DNA of 64,000 nucleotides from a virus, in IMG/VR virus record IMGVR_UViG_3300021142_000013, positions 1 to 64,000 of that record, one strand, 5' to 3'. Below the pieces are notes generated by a model. That model worked only from the letters and a program-made list of their open reading frames with translations, searched no databases and was not told the DNA's origin. A program made the translations under genes and the position numbers. Positions 50,723-60,282 of the stretch are shown here, piece after piece (within the stretch, counting starts at the first letter, position 1; every line of letters starts with the position of its first letter).

Positions 50723-51542
50723 TGAAACTAGAAGCTGTAATTATATGCGTAAACTACTCAGATTTTCTGGCGCATACTTTACCACAAAATAAACAGTTTT
50801 TTGACAAGTTAGTAGTTGTCACAGATACGAAAGACACAAAAACAAAACAATTATGTGATTATTACAACGTGTTTTGCATTCAAACAGATGTTTTTTATAA
50901 TGGAGGTAGTCCTTTTAATAAAGGAATGGGTATAAATGAAGGATTGAAGTGTTTAGATAAAGATGGGTGGGTATTACATATAGATGCAGATATTTATCTA
51001 CCACCTTTAACAAGAGAAATCCTTGAAAAAATAAATTTAAATCCTATTTTTTGTATGGGATAGATCGTATGATGTGTCCTACATATGAAGAATGGATTAA
51101 ATTTAAAGAAAACCCTACTCCTACACATACAGCACATGTTTTTGTACATCCTACAATATTTCCTATGGGTGTTAGAATATGTGATTATACTACTAATCAA
51201 GGTTATCATCCTATAGGATATTTTCAGTTATGGAATCCAAAAGGTTCTGGAATATTCAATTATCCAATAGAACATGGTCGTGCAGATAGGACAGATGTGC
51301 TTTTTTCTAAAAATTGGACAAGAGAAAATAGAGTATTAATTCCAGAACTAATATGCATCCATTTAGAATCAGAAGATTTGAATCTAAAAGAAATGGGTAA
51401 GAACTGGTCTGGTAGAAAAACAACTATTTTTTCTAAAAATGCCGAACCAATTATTATAAAAACCAAACCTATACGAGGATATAAATCAGATATGTTTAGA
51501 CATCTATGTATTCTAATAGGTCGAATATTTGATAAAAAATGA
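50722..51542 (+). CDS. GT-A fold (GT2-like) glycosyltransferase, split by a -1 frameshift
   Basis: VIICVNYSDFL...FNKGMGINEG...WVLHIDAD (DxD); continues as LYGIDR...IGYFQLW if one T is added to the T6 run at 51047-51052. Confidence 0.8.
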
Positions 51543-52111
51543 TTTTAATTTCTGCACATAAAGATACTGTTTTTAATAATCCTAAAATGGATTACAAAGA
51601 CGGTAAACATATTGGTTTACTAGATAATCAAATAGGTATACTTGTAGCGAATCTTTCATTATATAGTAACGATATTATATATGAATTAGAAAAATCAGGT
51701 AAAATACAATATTATTTTAATGAAGGAGAAGAATTTGGATTATTAACAAATCCACCTAAATTAACTAAAAAAGATATTGTAATTGTTGTCGACGTATGTT
51801 CAGATAAGAAATATAAAGGATACGATGTCGCTATTGAAAATATCTGGAATATCGAAGATATTGACGGAATAATTGAAAATCTTAAATGGGAGGGCTATAA
51901 GGTATTAAAATCTGACTATACAGGAGATCTTTCAGATGAAGATGAAGCTTTCTCTTGGGTAGAACAAAAAGTGCCTGTAATGAGCTTTATAATACCAATA
52001 GAGGCTATTAATGATGGATGGCATAGAATACAGCAAGATAATACAATAACCTATCAAAAGGTTAAAAAAGCAGCTAATTGTTTAACTAGATTAATTTGTT
52101 ATACTATATAA
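51539..52111 (+). CDS. minimal M20/M28-type Zn metallohydrolase (peptidase/deacylase)
   Basis: SAHKD, LDN, GEEFG, VDV and C-terminal WH ligands in canonical order. Confidence 0.72.
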   Translation: MILISAHKDTVFNNPKMDYKDGKHIGLLDNQIGILVANLSLYSNDIIYELEKSGKIQYYFNEGEEFGLLTNPPKLTKKDIVIVVDVCSDKKYKGYDVAIENIWNIEDIDGIIENLKWEGYKVLKSDYTGDLSDEDEAFSWVEQKVPVMSFIIPIEAINDGWHRIQQDNTITYQKVKKAANCLTRLICYTI

Positions 52112-52112
52112 T

Positions 52113-54452
52113 ATGAGCATTAAAGATAAAAAAATTCTAATATTTGACACAGGTTCTTTCTTTGAAACAGCTTTAAAATTAGCAGATTATTTTCAGCAAG
52201 TATACTATTATTGTGCTTGGGAATCTGGATTTCCTGGTATGGATAAAGCAGTTTTAGGTAGTGAATGGAAAGATGGTAAACAATTAGATACTTTTGATGG
52301 TAAAAATCTTAAACGCGTTTTAAGTTTTTATGATTATATAGATGAAGTAGATGTTATTCTATTTACCGATGTATATTGGGGTGATTTGCAAGAATATCTT
52401 CGTAACCTAGGATATAATGTTTTTGGTTGTGGATATGGTTCTGAATTAGAACTTGATAGATGGGATACAGCAAAAACATTTAAAGAAAATGGTATGGATG
52501 TTGCTTCTATGAAAAAAATAATTGGAATAGATGCACTTAAAGAAGAACTACAAAAAGTAGAAGATAAATATATAAAAATATCACGATATCGTAAATGTAC
52601 AGAAACTTTTCATCATGAAACTTATGAATTATCTTTACCTATAATTCACAAAATGCAAAGTGAATTAGGTCCTTTATCTAAAATAGCAGAATTCATAATA
52701 TGTGATCCTATTGAAGCAATAGTAGAAGAAGGAATTGATTCTTATACGGTTAATGGTGAATATCCGAATGTGGTATTAGTAGGTGCAGAAATAAAAGATG
52801 CTGCTTATGCAGGAGCCATTATGCAATACAAGGATTTATCTAAAGGAATATTAAAAACAAATAAACAAATTTCTCCATTATTTAAAGAGTGTCAATATAA
52901 AGGATTCTTTTCGACAGAAGTACGTTCTACTAAAGATGATAAGAATTATCTTATAGACATGACTTGTTTTTCAGAAGATACTGAAGTGCTTACTAACAAC
53001 GGTTGGAAACTGTTTAAAGATTGTGTAACTGAAGATAAATTTGCTACTTTAAATATAGAAACTAAAGAGATAGAATATCAATATGCTTCTAACTATATAG
53101 AAAAGGACTATATAGGTAAAATGATTCATTTATCGAATAAAAGAAATACATTTGATTCTTTAGTTACTCCTGATCACGATATACTTAGATATGATGAAAA
53201 GAAAAGAAAACTTTTTAAACAAAAAGCAAAAGACTTAAATACTAAAGGATATATTCCTCGTACAGGTGTATGGAAAGGTAAAAATACTGAATTCTTTGAA
53301 TTACCTTCTTATCATAAAGAATGGGATTGGAATAGTAATCTTCATGGGGGATATAAGATATGTACTAAAATAAAACACGAAGATGTTAAGCAGATAAAGA
53401 TGATTGATTGGGCTTCTTTTATGGGATGGTATTTATCTGAAGGGAGTAACAATGGTTATATAGTAAGTATAACACAATCTAAAAGACTAATCGAATTGGA
53501 AGAATGTTTAAAAAAGCTTCCTTTTAATTATTCTAAAACTTCTTCAGGATTTCAAATTTCTTCTGTGCAATTATGCGAATATTTAAATAAATATGGATTA
53601 TGTAATGAAAAATACATTCCCGATTATATTTTAAATGCTAATAAAGAAATTATTGAAAGTTTTTTATATTCTTATTGGTTAGGTGATGGATCTTCATCTA
53701 GTGATAGACAACGATATTTTACTACATCTAAAAAAATAGTAGACGGATTACAAGAATGTATTTTGAAAGTAGGTTCTGTTGCAAATATTAGAACAGGAAA
53801 AGGTGGTAAAGGTTCTGTAATGTCTGTTAATGGTGGAAAAGAATATATAAGAAATCATGATTTATATATTATAGAACGCTATCGTGAGAGAACAGATTAT
53901 TGGTTTGAAACAACTTCTCGCAAAGATCGTTATATACACGAAATTGATTATAACGGAAAGGTATATTGTGTTACTGTACCAAATGGCACTTTGTATGTAA
54001 GAAGAAATGGAAAACCAACATGGTCTGGAAATTGTAGAGAACCTCAACCACCGTCACATTTATATTGTGAAATGTTTGCGAATCTTGGAGAAATTATATA
54101 TGAAACAGCTACAGGAAATCTAATAGATGTTATACCAAACGGTAAGTATGGATTATATGCAACAATAACTTCAGATTGGTACGATGAAAGCCATCAGGCT
54201 ATATATTTTCCTCCAGAGATAAGAGATAATGTAAAGCTTAATTATCCTATTAAAATAGATGGTAATTATTACTGTCTAAATATTAATAATTTTCCAGAAG
54301 TAGGTGCTTTAGTATGTTGTGGAGATTCTTTTGAAGAATGTAAAAAGAAAATGGAAGAAATGGCTCCTAAGATAAAAGGTTATGGTATTAGTATTAAAAT
54401 GGATAGAATAGATAAAGCAATTGAAGAATTTAGTAAAATGCAAAAATCATGA
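52113..54452 (+). CDS. PurD/GARS-like ATP-grasp amide ligase (intein-containing)
   Basis: VFG...ELELDR, YKGFFSTEV...YLIDMT|CREP (compare GARS VLEFNxRxGDP); extein is 423 aa, GARS-sized. Confidence 0.7.
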   Translation: MSIKDKKILIFDTGSFFETALKLADYFQQVYYYCAWESGFPGMDKAVLGSEWKDGKQLDTFDGKNLKRVLSFYDYIDEVDVILFTDVYWGDLQEYLRNLGYNVFGCGYGSELELDRWDTAKTFKENGMDVASMKKIIGIDALKEELQKVEDKYIKISRYRKCTETFHHETYELSLPIIHKMQSELGPLSKIAEFIICDPIEAIVEEGIDSYTVNGEYPNVVLVGAEIKDAAYAGAIMQYKDLSKGILKTNKQISPLFKECQYKGFFSTEVRSTKDDKNYLIDMTCFSEDTEVLTNNGWKLFKDCVTEDKFATLNIETKEIEYQYASNYIEKDYIGKMIHLSNKRNTFDSLVTPDHDILRYDEKKRKLFKQKAKDLNTKGYIPRTGVWKGKNTEFFELPSYHKEWDWNSNLHGGYKICTKIKHEDVKQIKMIDWASFMGWYLSEGSNNGYIVSITQSKRLIELEECLKKLPFNYSKTSSGFQISSVQLCEYLNKYGLCNEKYIPDYILNANKEIIESFLYSYWLGDGSSSSDRQRYFTTSKKIVDGLQECILKVGSVANIRTGKGGKGSVMSVNGGKEYIRNHDLYIIERYRERTDYWFETTSRKDRYIHEIDYNGKVYCVTVPNGTLYVRRNGKPTWSGNCREPQPPSHLYCEMFANLGEIIYETATGNLIDVIPNGKYGLYATITSDWYDESHQAIYFPPEIRDNVKLNYPIKIDGNYYCLNINNFPEVGALVCCGDSFEECKKKMEEMAPKIKGYGISIKMDRIDKAIEEFSKMQKS
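52965..54032 (+). mobile_element. intein (356 aa) with LAGLIDADG endonuclease
   Basis: CFSEDTEVLTNNGWK, VTPDH, FMGWYLSEG, SYWLGDG, VYCVTVPNG...WSGN|C. Confidence 0.9.
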
Positions 54453-54766
54453 ACATTCACGATTCACGAAAAATCTTTTTGAATAAAAGATATATTATCC
54501 CAAACGATAAAAATATTTATTATTTTGCAAGTGGTGGTAATTTATTTATATTTAAAGAAGATGGCGGTCAATTATCTACAAGATATACTATATATCAGGA
54601 AGGTAGTGATTGTTTTATAAAAAGTCCTGCTTTTTATGGTAATCAACCATTATTAGTTGATAAAAATAAAAAAAGTTTAATCAAATTAACTCCTAAAAAT
54701 CCAAAAGATGAACACGATTTCATATATTTACAATTATATGCAATCTTTGGAATGTCTTTTTCATAA
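54449..54766 (+). CDS. hypothetical protein
   Basis: 105-aa ORF, 4-bp overlap with the ATP-grasp gene. Confidence 0.6.
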   Translation: MNIHDSRKIFLNKRYIIPNDKNIYYFASGGNLFIFKEDGGQLSTRYTIYQEGSDCFIKSPAFYGNQPLLVDKNKKSLIKLTPKNPKDEHDFIYLQLYAIFGMSFS

Positions 54767-54780
54767 TTTAAAATAATCAA

Positions 54781-57700
54781 ATGGCTTGTAGAGTAACATA
54801 TCTATCTAATGGTAATATATCTAAAGTTTTTGCACCAGATGGCAAAGAAAGCGATCTTTATAAAAAAATATTAGATAAAGTGCTTGAATTAGATAAAACT
54901 GAAAGATTAGAATTACAAGACAAATATACTCCTTGGGTAGGTAAACATATACGTGGATTAGATGATAGGAATATTGCTTTGGCTGTTTATAAAGGAACAG
55001 ATTCTAAAGTATTCAAAGAAAAGTATCCTGATATAGAAAAAGATGCAAAAGGTGATCCTAAAATATCTCCTGAAGAGTTATTTAAAACTCAAATGAAAGA
55101 ATTGCCTAAATTATCTCACGATTATGCTGTAGAGATAATGAATAGAATGGGTATTGATGCTAAAATGTTTGATAAAAAAGAATTAGCAGAACTCCCTAAA
55201 GGAGTAACAGCTTGGGCAGATGTTGGTGGAAAATTTATTCAATATGTACAAGGACATGAAACAGATATACCCCATGAAATTTCTCACTTTGGTGTTGCAA
55301 TTACCCGCAGTAAAAATCCTAAACTATACAAGGAATTAGAAAATAAAATAGGCTCTAGTAAAGAATATGAAGAAGTAAGAAGACTATATAGTAGTAGTGA
55401 AGCTTATAAAAATGAAGATGGAACGCTAAATATCAAAAAACTCAAAGAAGAAGCTATAACTCAACTAGTAGAAAAGCATCTCGTACGGAAACTTGAAACA
55501 AACGAGAACCCTGAGACTTTAGTTGCTGTACAAAATTGGTGGAACAAAGTAAAAGATTGGTTTAAAACTCTATTACAAAAAGCAGGATATAAAGACCCGT
55601 TTGAAAAAGTTGCAGAAAATATTAAATCTGGAGATATAGGAACTACCAAAGATGTTAGTGAAAAACTATATCCTGAAGGAGACGAAGCTAAATACTTTAA
55701 ATTAGAAGATGATACTAAGAAAATTACAGATAAACTTGAAAAAGAACATCTTGATACTGTAAAAACGAAAGAAGGATTTTTAAGAAATAACGAAAAAGTA
55801 AAAGACTTATTTGAAGTTAAATCAAAAGAAGATAAGACTAAAAAAGAAGAAGTTATCGAGAAGAAATCTGAACAAGGACATAATGATATGTCTGATGTAA
55901 TGAGTAGACTTTTTGATGAAAATAATCATTTACATGAAAAACCTACGGATAGTAATTATGCTTCAGAATTAGATCCTAAAAATAGGATATATGATAATTT
56001 CTTTAATAATATTAAAGAACGTATTGAAAACGAGCATTTTCCTGAAGGAACTAAATTTTATCATGATTTAAATATTTATAATCCACAATTAGATAGAGCA
56101 GGGAGTTTAGACTTTTTAGCTGTTACACCTGAAGGAAAAGCTAGTGTATGGATGTTTAAATTTATTAATGGCGATGGCACTAAAGATATTTCGCTATCTA
56201 AAAGAGAAAGTTTCCAAAAAGAAATTGGTAATTATAAAAGAACACTTAAAGATAATTATGGTATAAATGAATTTGACCAAACACGAGTTATTCCTGTGTT
56301 CATGAGTTTTGATGTTAAAAATGGCGAATATTCATTGAAATCTGCTAAAATAGGTAATTCTAAAATAGAAGTTGAAAAGAATGAAAAATTATTGCCTATT
56401 TCAACACTTGATGAAAGAACAGGTGATTCTTTTGTAGATCATCTTATTAAGAAATTAAGTGATTTATATGATGTAAAAAGAGAATTTCTAAAGGATAAAG
56501 AAAAAGTTAACGAAATCAATAATATTTATAAAGTAATACGAGAATTACAAACAAAGCATCAATTTAATTATTTATTTAGTCAAATTGATTCTACTGTAGC
56601 AAATACTCATAAAATAGTAGATAAATATAAAGATAACTTTAAAAAAGAGAATCTTGCAAATATTTCTAATGAAGAATGGGAAAAACAAGCAATAGAACTC
56701 AATAAAACGCAAAATGAACTTTCTATATACAAGGAGTTAGATAATATCTTTGAAGATACATATCCTAATCCTACAGATAAGCAAAAAGAAGAATTAGCTA
56801 AAATTAGAGAATATTCTAATAAAGCACGTAATGAACTTTTTCAGCTTAATAAAGTAATACGTGAATTTGCTAATGAAAATGCTAAGAGATTTGGGATTGA
56901 AGATTTACTCACTCCTGAAAAAAAACCAGGATGGATTGCATCTATGTTTAATACTCAATCAGAATTCAATCTATCAGGAGTATTAACTCTTAATAGAATG
57001 ATGGATACTATGCAAAATTATAGAGATAATGAAACACGTACACATGTAAATGAATTGTTATCTATAGGTAAAGATGTTAAAAACTGGTTAAAAGGTAAAA
57101 ACGCTAAAGATCTTATTAAAGCTGTACGTAAAGAAGATAAAAATGAATTGATAGATCAATATGATAGAAAGTTTTATCAGGATTTATATTCTAACATTGA
57201 AAAAAAGAATGTTAAATGGATAAAAGAGAATGTTGATAAAAAAGCTTTTGCGCAATGGGCTGAAAAATATAAAAAAGAACGAATGGAAGCTATTCGTAAT
57301 GAAGTTTATATTGGTACAGAAGAAGAAAAGAACGAACAAAAGCGAAACGACATTGAGAAACTAAATTCTATAACAAATTTAGCTTCAGATTCAGCATGGC
57401 TGAATTATAGAAATATTAAAAACTTTCCGTTAGAGAAATGGCACTCTACAGAATATTCTAATTTAATAAAAGAAGAGAATAAACCCGTATTAAAACTTTA
57501 TAATTTTATTAAAGATTTAAATCAACAAGCTGCAGAAGTAGGTTATATTGAACATGAAAGGAAACGTAATTTCTTACCTTTCATTAAAAAATCCCTAGCA
57601 GAAAAAGTTGTAATGGGTGGTTCTTATAATTGGGTACAATCCGTATTAGATTCCGTAACTATACAAGAAAGTGATACTGACTATGGTGTTATTAATAAAT

Positions 57701-59568
57701 TAACTGGTGACGTTATAGATACTATTCCTAAGTATTTTACAAGCGAGACAGATAACGTGGAATATGCCTCATCAGATTTATTAAAAAATATAGGACTTTA
57801 CGCAGTCAAATTATTAGATTATAAATATAAACAAAGTATCGAAAATCAATTAAAGCTAATGCTTTATATTGAAAAGAATAAAGGTTCTTTACAAACTAAC
57901 TTCTTAGGTAGAGTTGTTAAAGATGCTGAACCATCGCCTTTAAATGAAAATAATTCCAAAATATTGGAAGATTATATCAAGAATCAAATATATGGACAAT
58001 CTTATGTAAAAACTGATTTTTCAGATGCTGCTAGTAAAAAGATAGGTAAAGTATATAACGAAACTTCTGAGAAAATAAATAAAAAACTTGGATTTGAATT
58101 ATTTCCTAAAATAGGAGGTGAGGATAGGCTTTCACTTATTAAAGGATTAGATACTTTAATGCGTACTCAGCAATTAAAAGTGTTAGGATTCAACTTAGGT
58201 ACTTCTGCTTATCGTTTCTTAGGTACAAATATTCAAGCATTAATCAGTACTGGCACATACGGTACTGCTGCAGATTATATGAGAAATGAGCTAAAACATA
58301 CTCAAATGAAATTCTTAAAAAATGACTTTGATGTACATATAGCTGCTTTAAAAGAATTTCTACCTGTAGATGGTCAAATAATGCACGAATTAGGTAATTT
58401 ATCTTTTAGTAAACTCACACAAGAATCAATAGGTGATTTTATGATGAGTTGGATACGTACTGCGCATGATTTTATCCAATACGTTAATTTTGGTGTATTT
58501 ATGGATAATGCAATCGTAATAGATGGTAAAATTCATAACGCAAGAGAATATTATAGAAATACTCCTGAATATAAGGCGAGATATGAATCATACCAGGATT
58601 TAAGACAAAAAGAAAAAGACTTTGAAGACAACGTTAAAAAGTTAATTGATGAACACGGATTGGAAAAAAGAATGTCTGTTAAAGATAGTCGTTTACAGAT
58701 TGATGGAGTAGATATGAATGGCGAAAGTTTTGCTGCTTATAAACAACTAATTAGACAAATAGGTCGGAGATTAAGTGGTAATATAAGCAGAGAAGATGAA
58801 TCGCGTATTAGAATGATCGTATTAGGTCGTCAAATTATGACTTTCCATAATTGGGTTCCTGGAATGATGAAGACTCGTTTTAAAGGATTATCTTATAATG
58901 ATGGTACAGATACTCATGAATGGGGTAGAATGCGCATGGTTGGTAAACTTTTATTTCAAAACGGATTAAATTCGGTTTCTCGCCTTATTTCTATGACAAA
59001 AGGTACAGATAAAGGTATTCAATTATTAGATAAACTCTGGGAACAAAAACAAAAAGAATATAAGGAACGTACAGGTAAAGACTTAAAAATGGATAAAGAA
59101 CGTTTTTTCGATCTTGTTCGCGCGAATATTAAAACAGAAGCAAAGGAACTATTGGCTTTAACTTCTCTTATAGGAATGTTCATCGCAGCAAAAGCTTTAT
59201 CTAAAGAAGAAGAGGACAAATATACTAAAGGTTATTGGAATTATGCTTTACGTATATTAGATAGAACAAAAGAAGAAATTAATTTTTTTTATAACCCAAT
59301 AGCTTTACAAGGAATGCTCAACGGTTCTATTTTTCCAGCATTAGGTGTATTAACTGATTTTACTCGTTTCGCAGAGAATTTCCTTCGAGAGGGTTTAGGA
59401 TATGTAATTCAAGATAAAAAAATAATAGATTCTGCACATCCTGCTAAATATTTCTTTAAGAGTTTTCCTGTTTCTCGTGAAATGTTAAAGTATTTTGCAA
59501 TTTTTGAACCAGATGTAGCAAAATCAATGGGTGTTGAGTTTAATGCTCAACCATTCATACAAAGATAA
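54781..59568 (+). CDS. giant ejection/virion polyvalent protein
   Basis: 1595 aa; PHEISH...KEEA zincin-like motif, GSLDFL...WMFK degenerate PD-(D/E)xK, helical C-terminal region. Confidence 0.7.
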   Translation: MACRVTYLSNGNISKVFAPDGKESDLYKKILDKVLELDKTERLELQDKYTPWVGKHIRGLDDRNIALAVYKGTDSKVFKEKYPDIEKDAKGDPKISPEELFKTQMKELPKLSHDYAVEIMNRMGIDAKMFDKKELAELPKGVTAWADVGGKFIQYVQGHETDIPHEISHFGVAITRSKNPKLYKELENKIGSSKEYEEVRRLYSSSEAYKNEDGTLNIKKLKEEAITQLVEKHLVRKLETNENPETLVAVQNWWNKVKDWFKTLLQKAGYKDPFEKVAENIKSGDIGTTKDVSEKLYPEGDEAKYFKLEDDTKKITDKLEKEHLDTVKTKEGFLRNNEKVKDLFEVKSKEDKTKKEEVIEKKSEQGHNDMSDVMSRLFDENNHLHEKPTDSNYASELDPKNRIYDNFFNNIKERIENEHFPEGTKFYHDLNIYNPQLDRAGSLDFLAVTPEGKASVWMFKFINGDGTKDISLSKRESFQKEIGNYKRTLKDNYGINEFDQTRVIPVFMSFDVKNGEYSLKSAKIGNSKIEVEKNEKLLPISTLDERTGDSFVDHLIKKLSDLYDVKREFLKDKEKVNEINNIYKVIRELQTKHQFNYLFSQIDSTVANTHKIVDKYKDNFKKENLANISNEEWEKQAIELNKTQNELSIYKELDNIFEDTYPNPTDKQKEELAKIREYSNKARNELFQLNKVIREFANENAKRFGIEDLLTPEKKPGWIASMFNTQSEFNLSGVLTLNRMMDTMQNYRDNETRTHVNELLSIGKDVKNWLKGKNAKDLIKAVRKEDKNELIDQYDRKFYQDLYSNIEKKNVKWIKENVDKKAFAQWAEKYKKERMEAIRNEVYIGTEEEKNEQKRNDIEKLNSITNLASDSAWLNYRNIKNFPLEKWHSTEYSNLIKEENKPVLKLYNFIKDLNQQAAEVGYIEHERKRNFLPFIKKSLAEKVVMGGSYNWVQSVLDSVTIQESDTDYGVINKLTGDVIDTIPKYFTSETDNVEYASSDLLKNIGLYAVKLLDYKYKQSIENQLKLMLYIEKNKGSLQTNFLGRVVKDAEPSPLNENNSKILEDYIKNQIYGQSYVKTDFSDAASKKIGKVYNETSEKINKKLGFELFPKIGGEDRLSLIKGLDTLMRTQQLKVLGFNLGTSAYRFLGTNIQALISTGTYGTAADYMRNELKHTQMKFLKNDFDVHIAALKEFLPVDGQIMHELGNLSFSKLTQESIGDFMMSWIRTAHDFIQYVNFGVFMDNAIVIDGKIHNAREYYRNTPEYKARYESYQDLRQKEKDFEDNVKKLIDEHGLEKRMSVKDSRLQIDGVDMNGESFAAYKQLIRQIGRRLSGNISREDESRIRMIVLGRQIMTFHNWVPGMMKTRFKGLSYNDGTDTHEWGRMRMVGKLLFQNGLNSVSRLISMTKGTDKGIQLLDKLWEQKQKEYKERTGKDLKMDKERFFDLVRANIKTEAKELLALTSLIGMFIAAKALSKEEEDKYTKGYWNYALRILDRTKEEINFFYNPIALQGMLNGSIFPALGVLTDFTRFAENFLREGLGYVIQDKKIIDSAHPAKYFFKSFPVSREMLKYFAIFEPDVAKSMGVEFNAQPFIQR

Positions 59569-59600
59569 TGCTATATAATGGTCGTAAATTTTATACAAAA

Positions 59601-59632
59601 GTTGTCAGATTCATTAATTATACTTATCTTTG
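59601..59632 (+). promoter_or_regulatory. Bacteroidota sigma-A promoter for the fibre cluster
   Basis: GTTG - 20 nt - TATCTTTG; upstream TAATGCTATATAATG at 59566. Confidence 0.7.
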
Positions 59633-59677
59633 TTATGAAATAATAATATATTATTTTACATATTAAACAAATTTTTT

Positions 59678-60037
59678 ATGGGTTATAATCGTTCAAATGA
59701 TCCAGGTCTAAATTTAGATCTTAATATACTACTCCAGAAGCAATTTAGAGATTTGCGGCAAATGATGTGTTGTAAATTGACAGAAATCGCTAATGGTTCA
59801 GGTATTGTTAGTAATTCTATCATGTTTACTATAGGAGATGGTCATGCAGGAACACCTCTTGTAGGAACTACTACTTATACAAATACTGTTTTAAATAATA
59901 AAACACTACTCATTTTAAAAAATGGTGTAGGATTTTTAACTGCTGGAGTTGACTTTAACTCTTTAACAGGCGGAGGATTTGTACTTATAGGAGGAGAATT
60001 ATTTAATACAGGTGAAACATATACAATTTTATATTAA
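59678..60037 (+). CDS. small beta-domain structural protein
   Basis: C-terminal domain paralogous to the next gene. Confidence 0.65.
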   Translation: MGYNRSNDPGLNLDLNILLQKQFRDLRQMMCCKLTEIANGSGIVSNSIMFTIGDGHAGTPLVGTTTYTNTVLNNKTLLILKNGVGFLTAGVDFNSLTGGGFVLIGGELFNTGETYTILY

Positions 60038-60273
60038 TGAATAGAAAAATTATCCAATTTCAAATAGGAGATGGTCAACTATATACTCCTATAACAGGTT
60101 CAAGTCAGTATATTAATCCTGATATTAAAAATGACAATTATTTAGTGTATAAAAACGGAACAGGCTATCTATTTGAAGGATTGCAGTTTTCTAAAATATA
60201 TACAGGAGGTCTTTCTTTATCAGGAACCTCTACTTTTAATACTGGTGAACAATATACTATAATTCTATATTAA
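60037..60273 (+). CDS. small beta-domain structural protein (paralog)
   Basis: FQIGDG...KNG.G.L..G...FNTGE.YTI shared with the previous gene. Confidence 0.65.
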   Translation: MNRKIIQFQIGDGQLYTPITGSSQYINPDIKNDNYLVYKNGTGYLFEGLQFSKIYTGGLSLSGTSTFNTGEQYTIILY

Positions 60274-60282
60274 AATAAAATC

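Noticed and set aside
52113-54452. Calling the gene a true purD auxiliary metabolic gene
   Set aside because: Lacks the GARS GxGGRE N-terminal motif, has DxT instead of ExN, and has no purine-pathway neighbours
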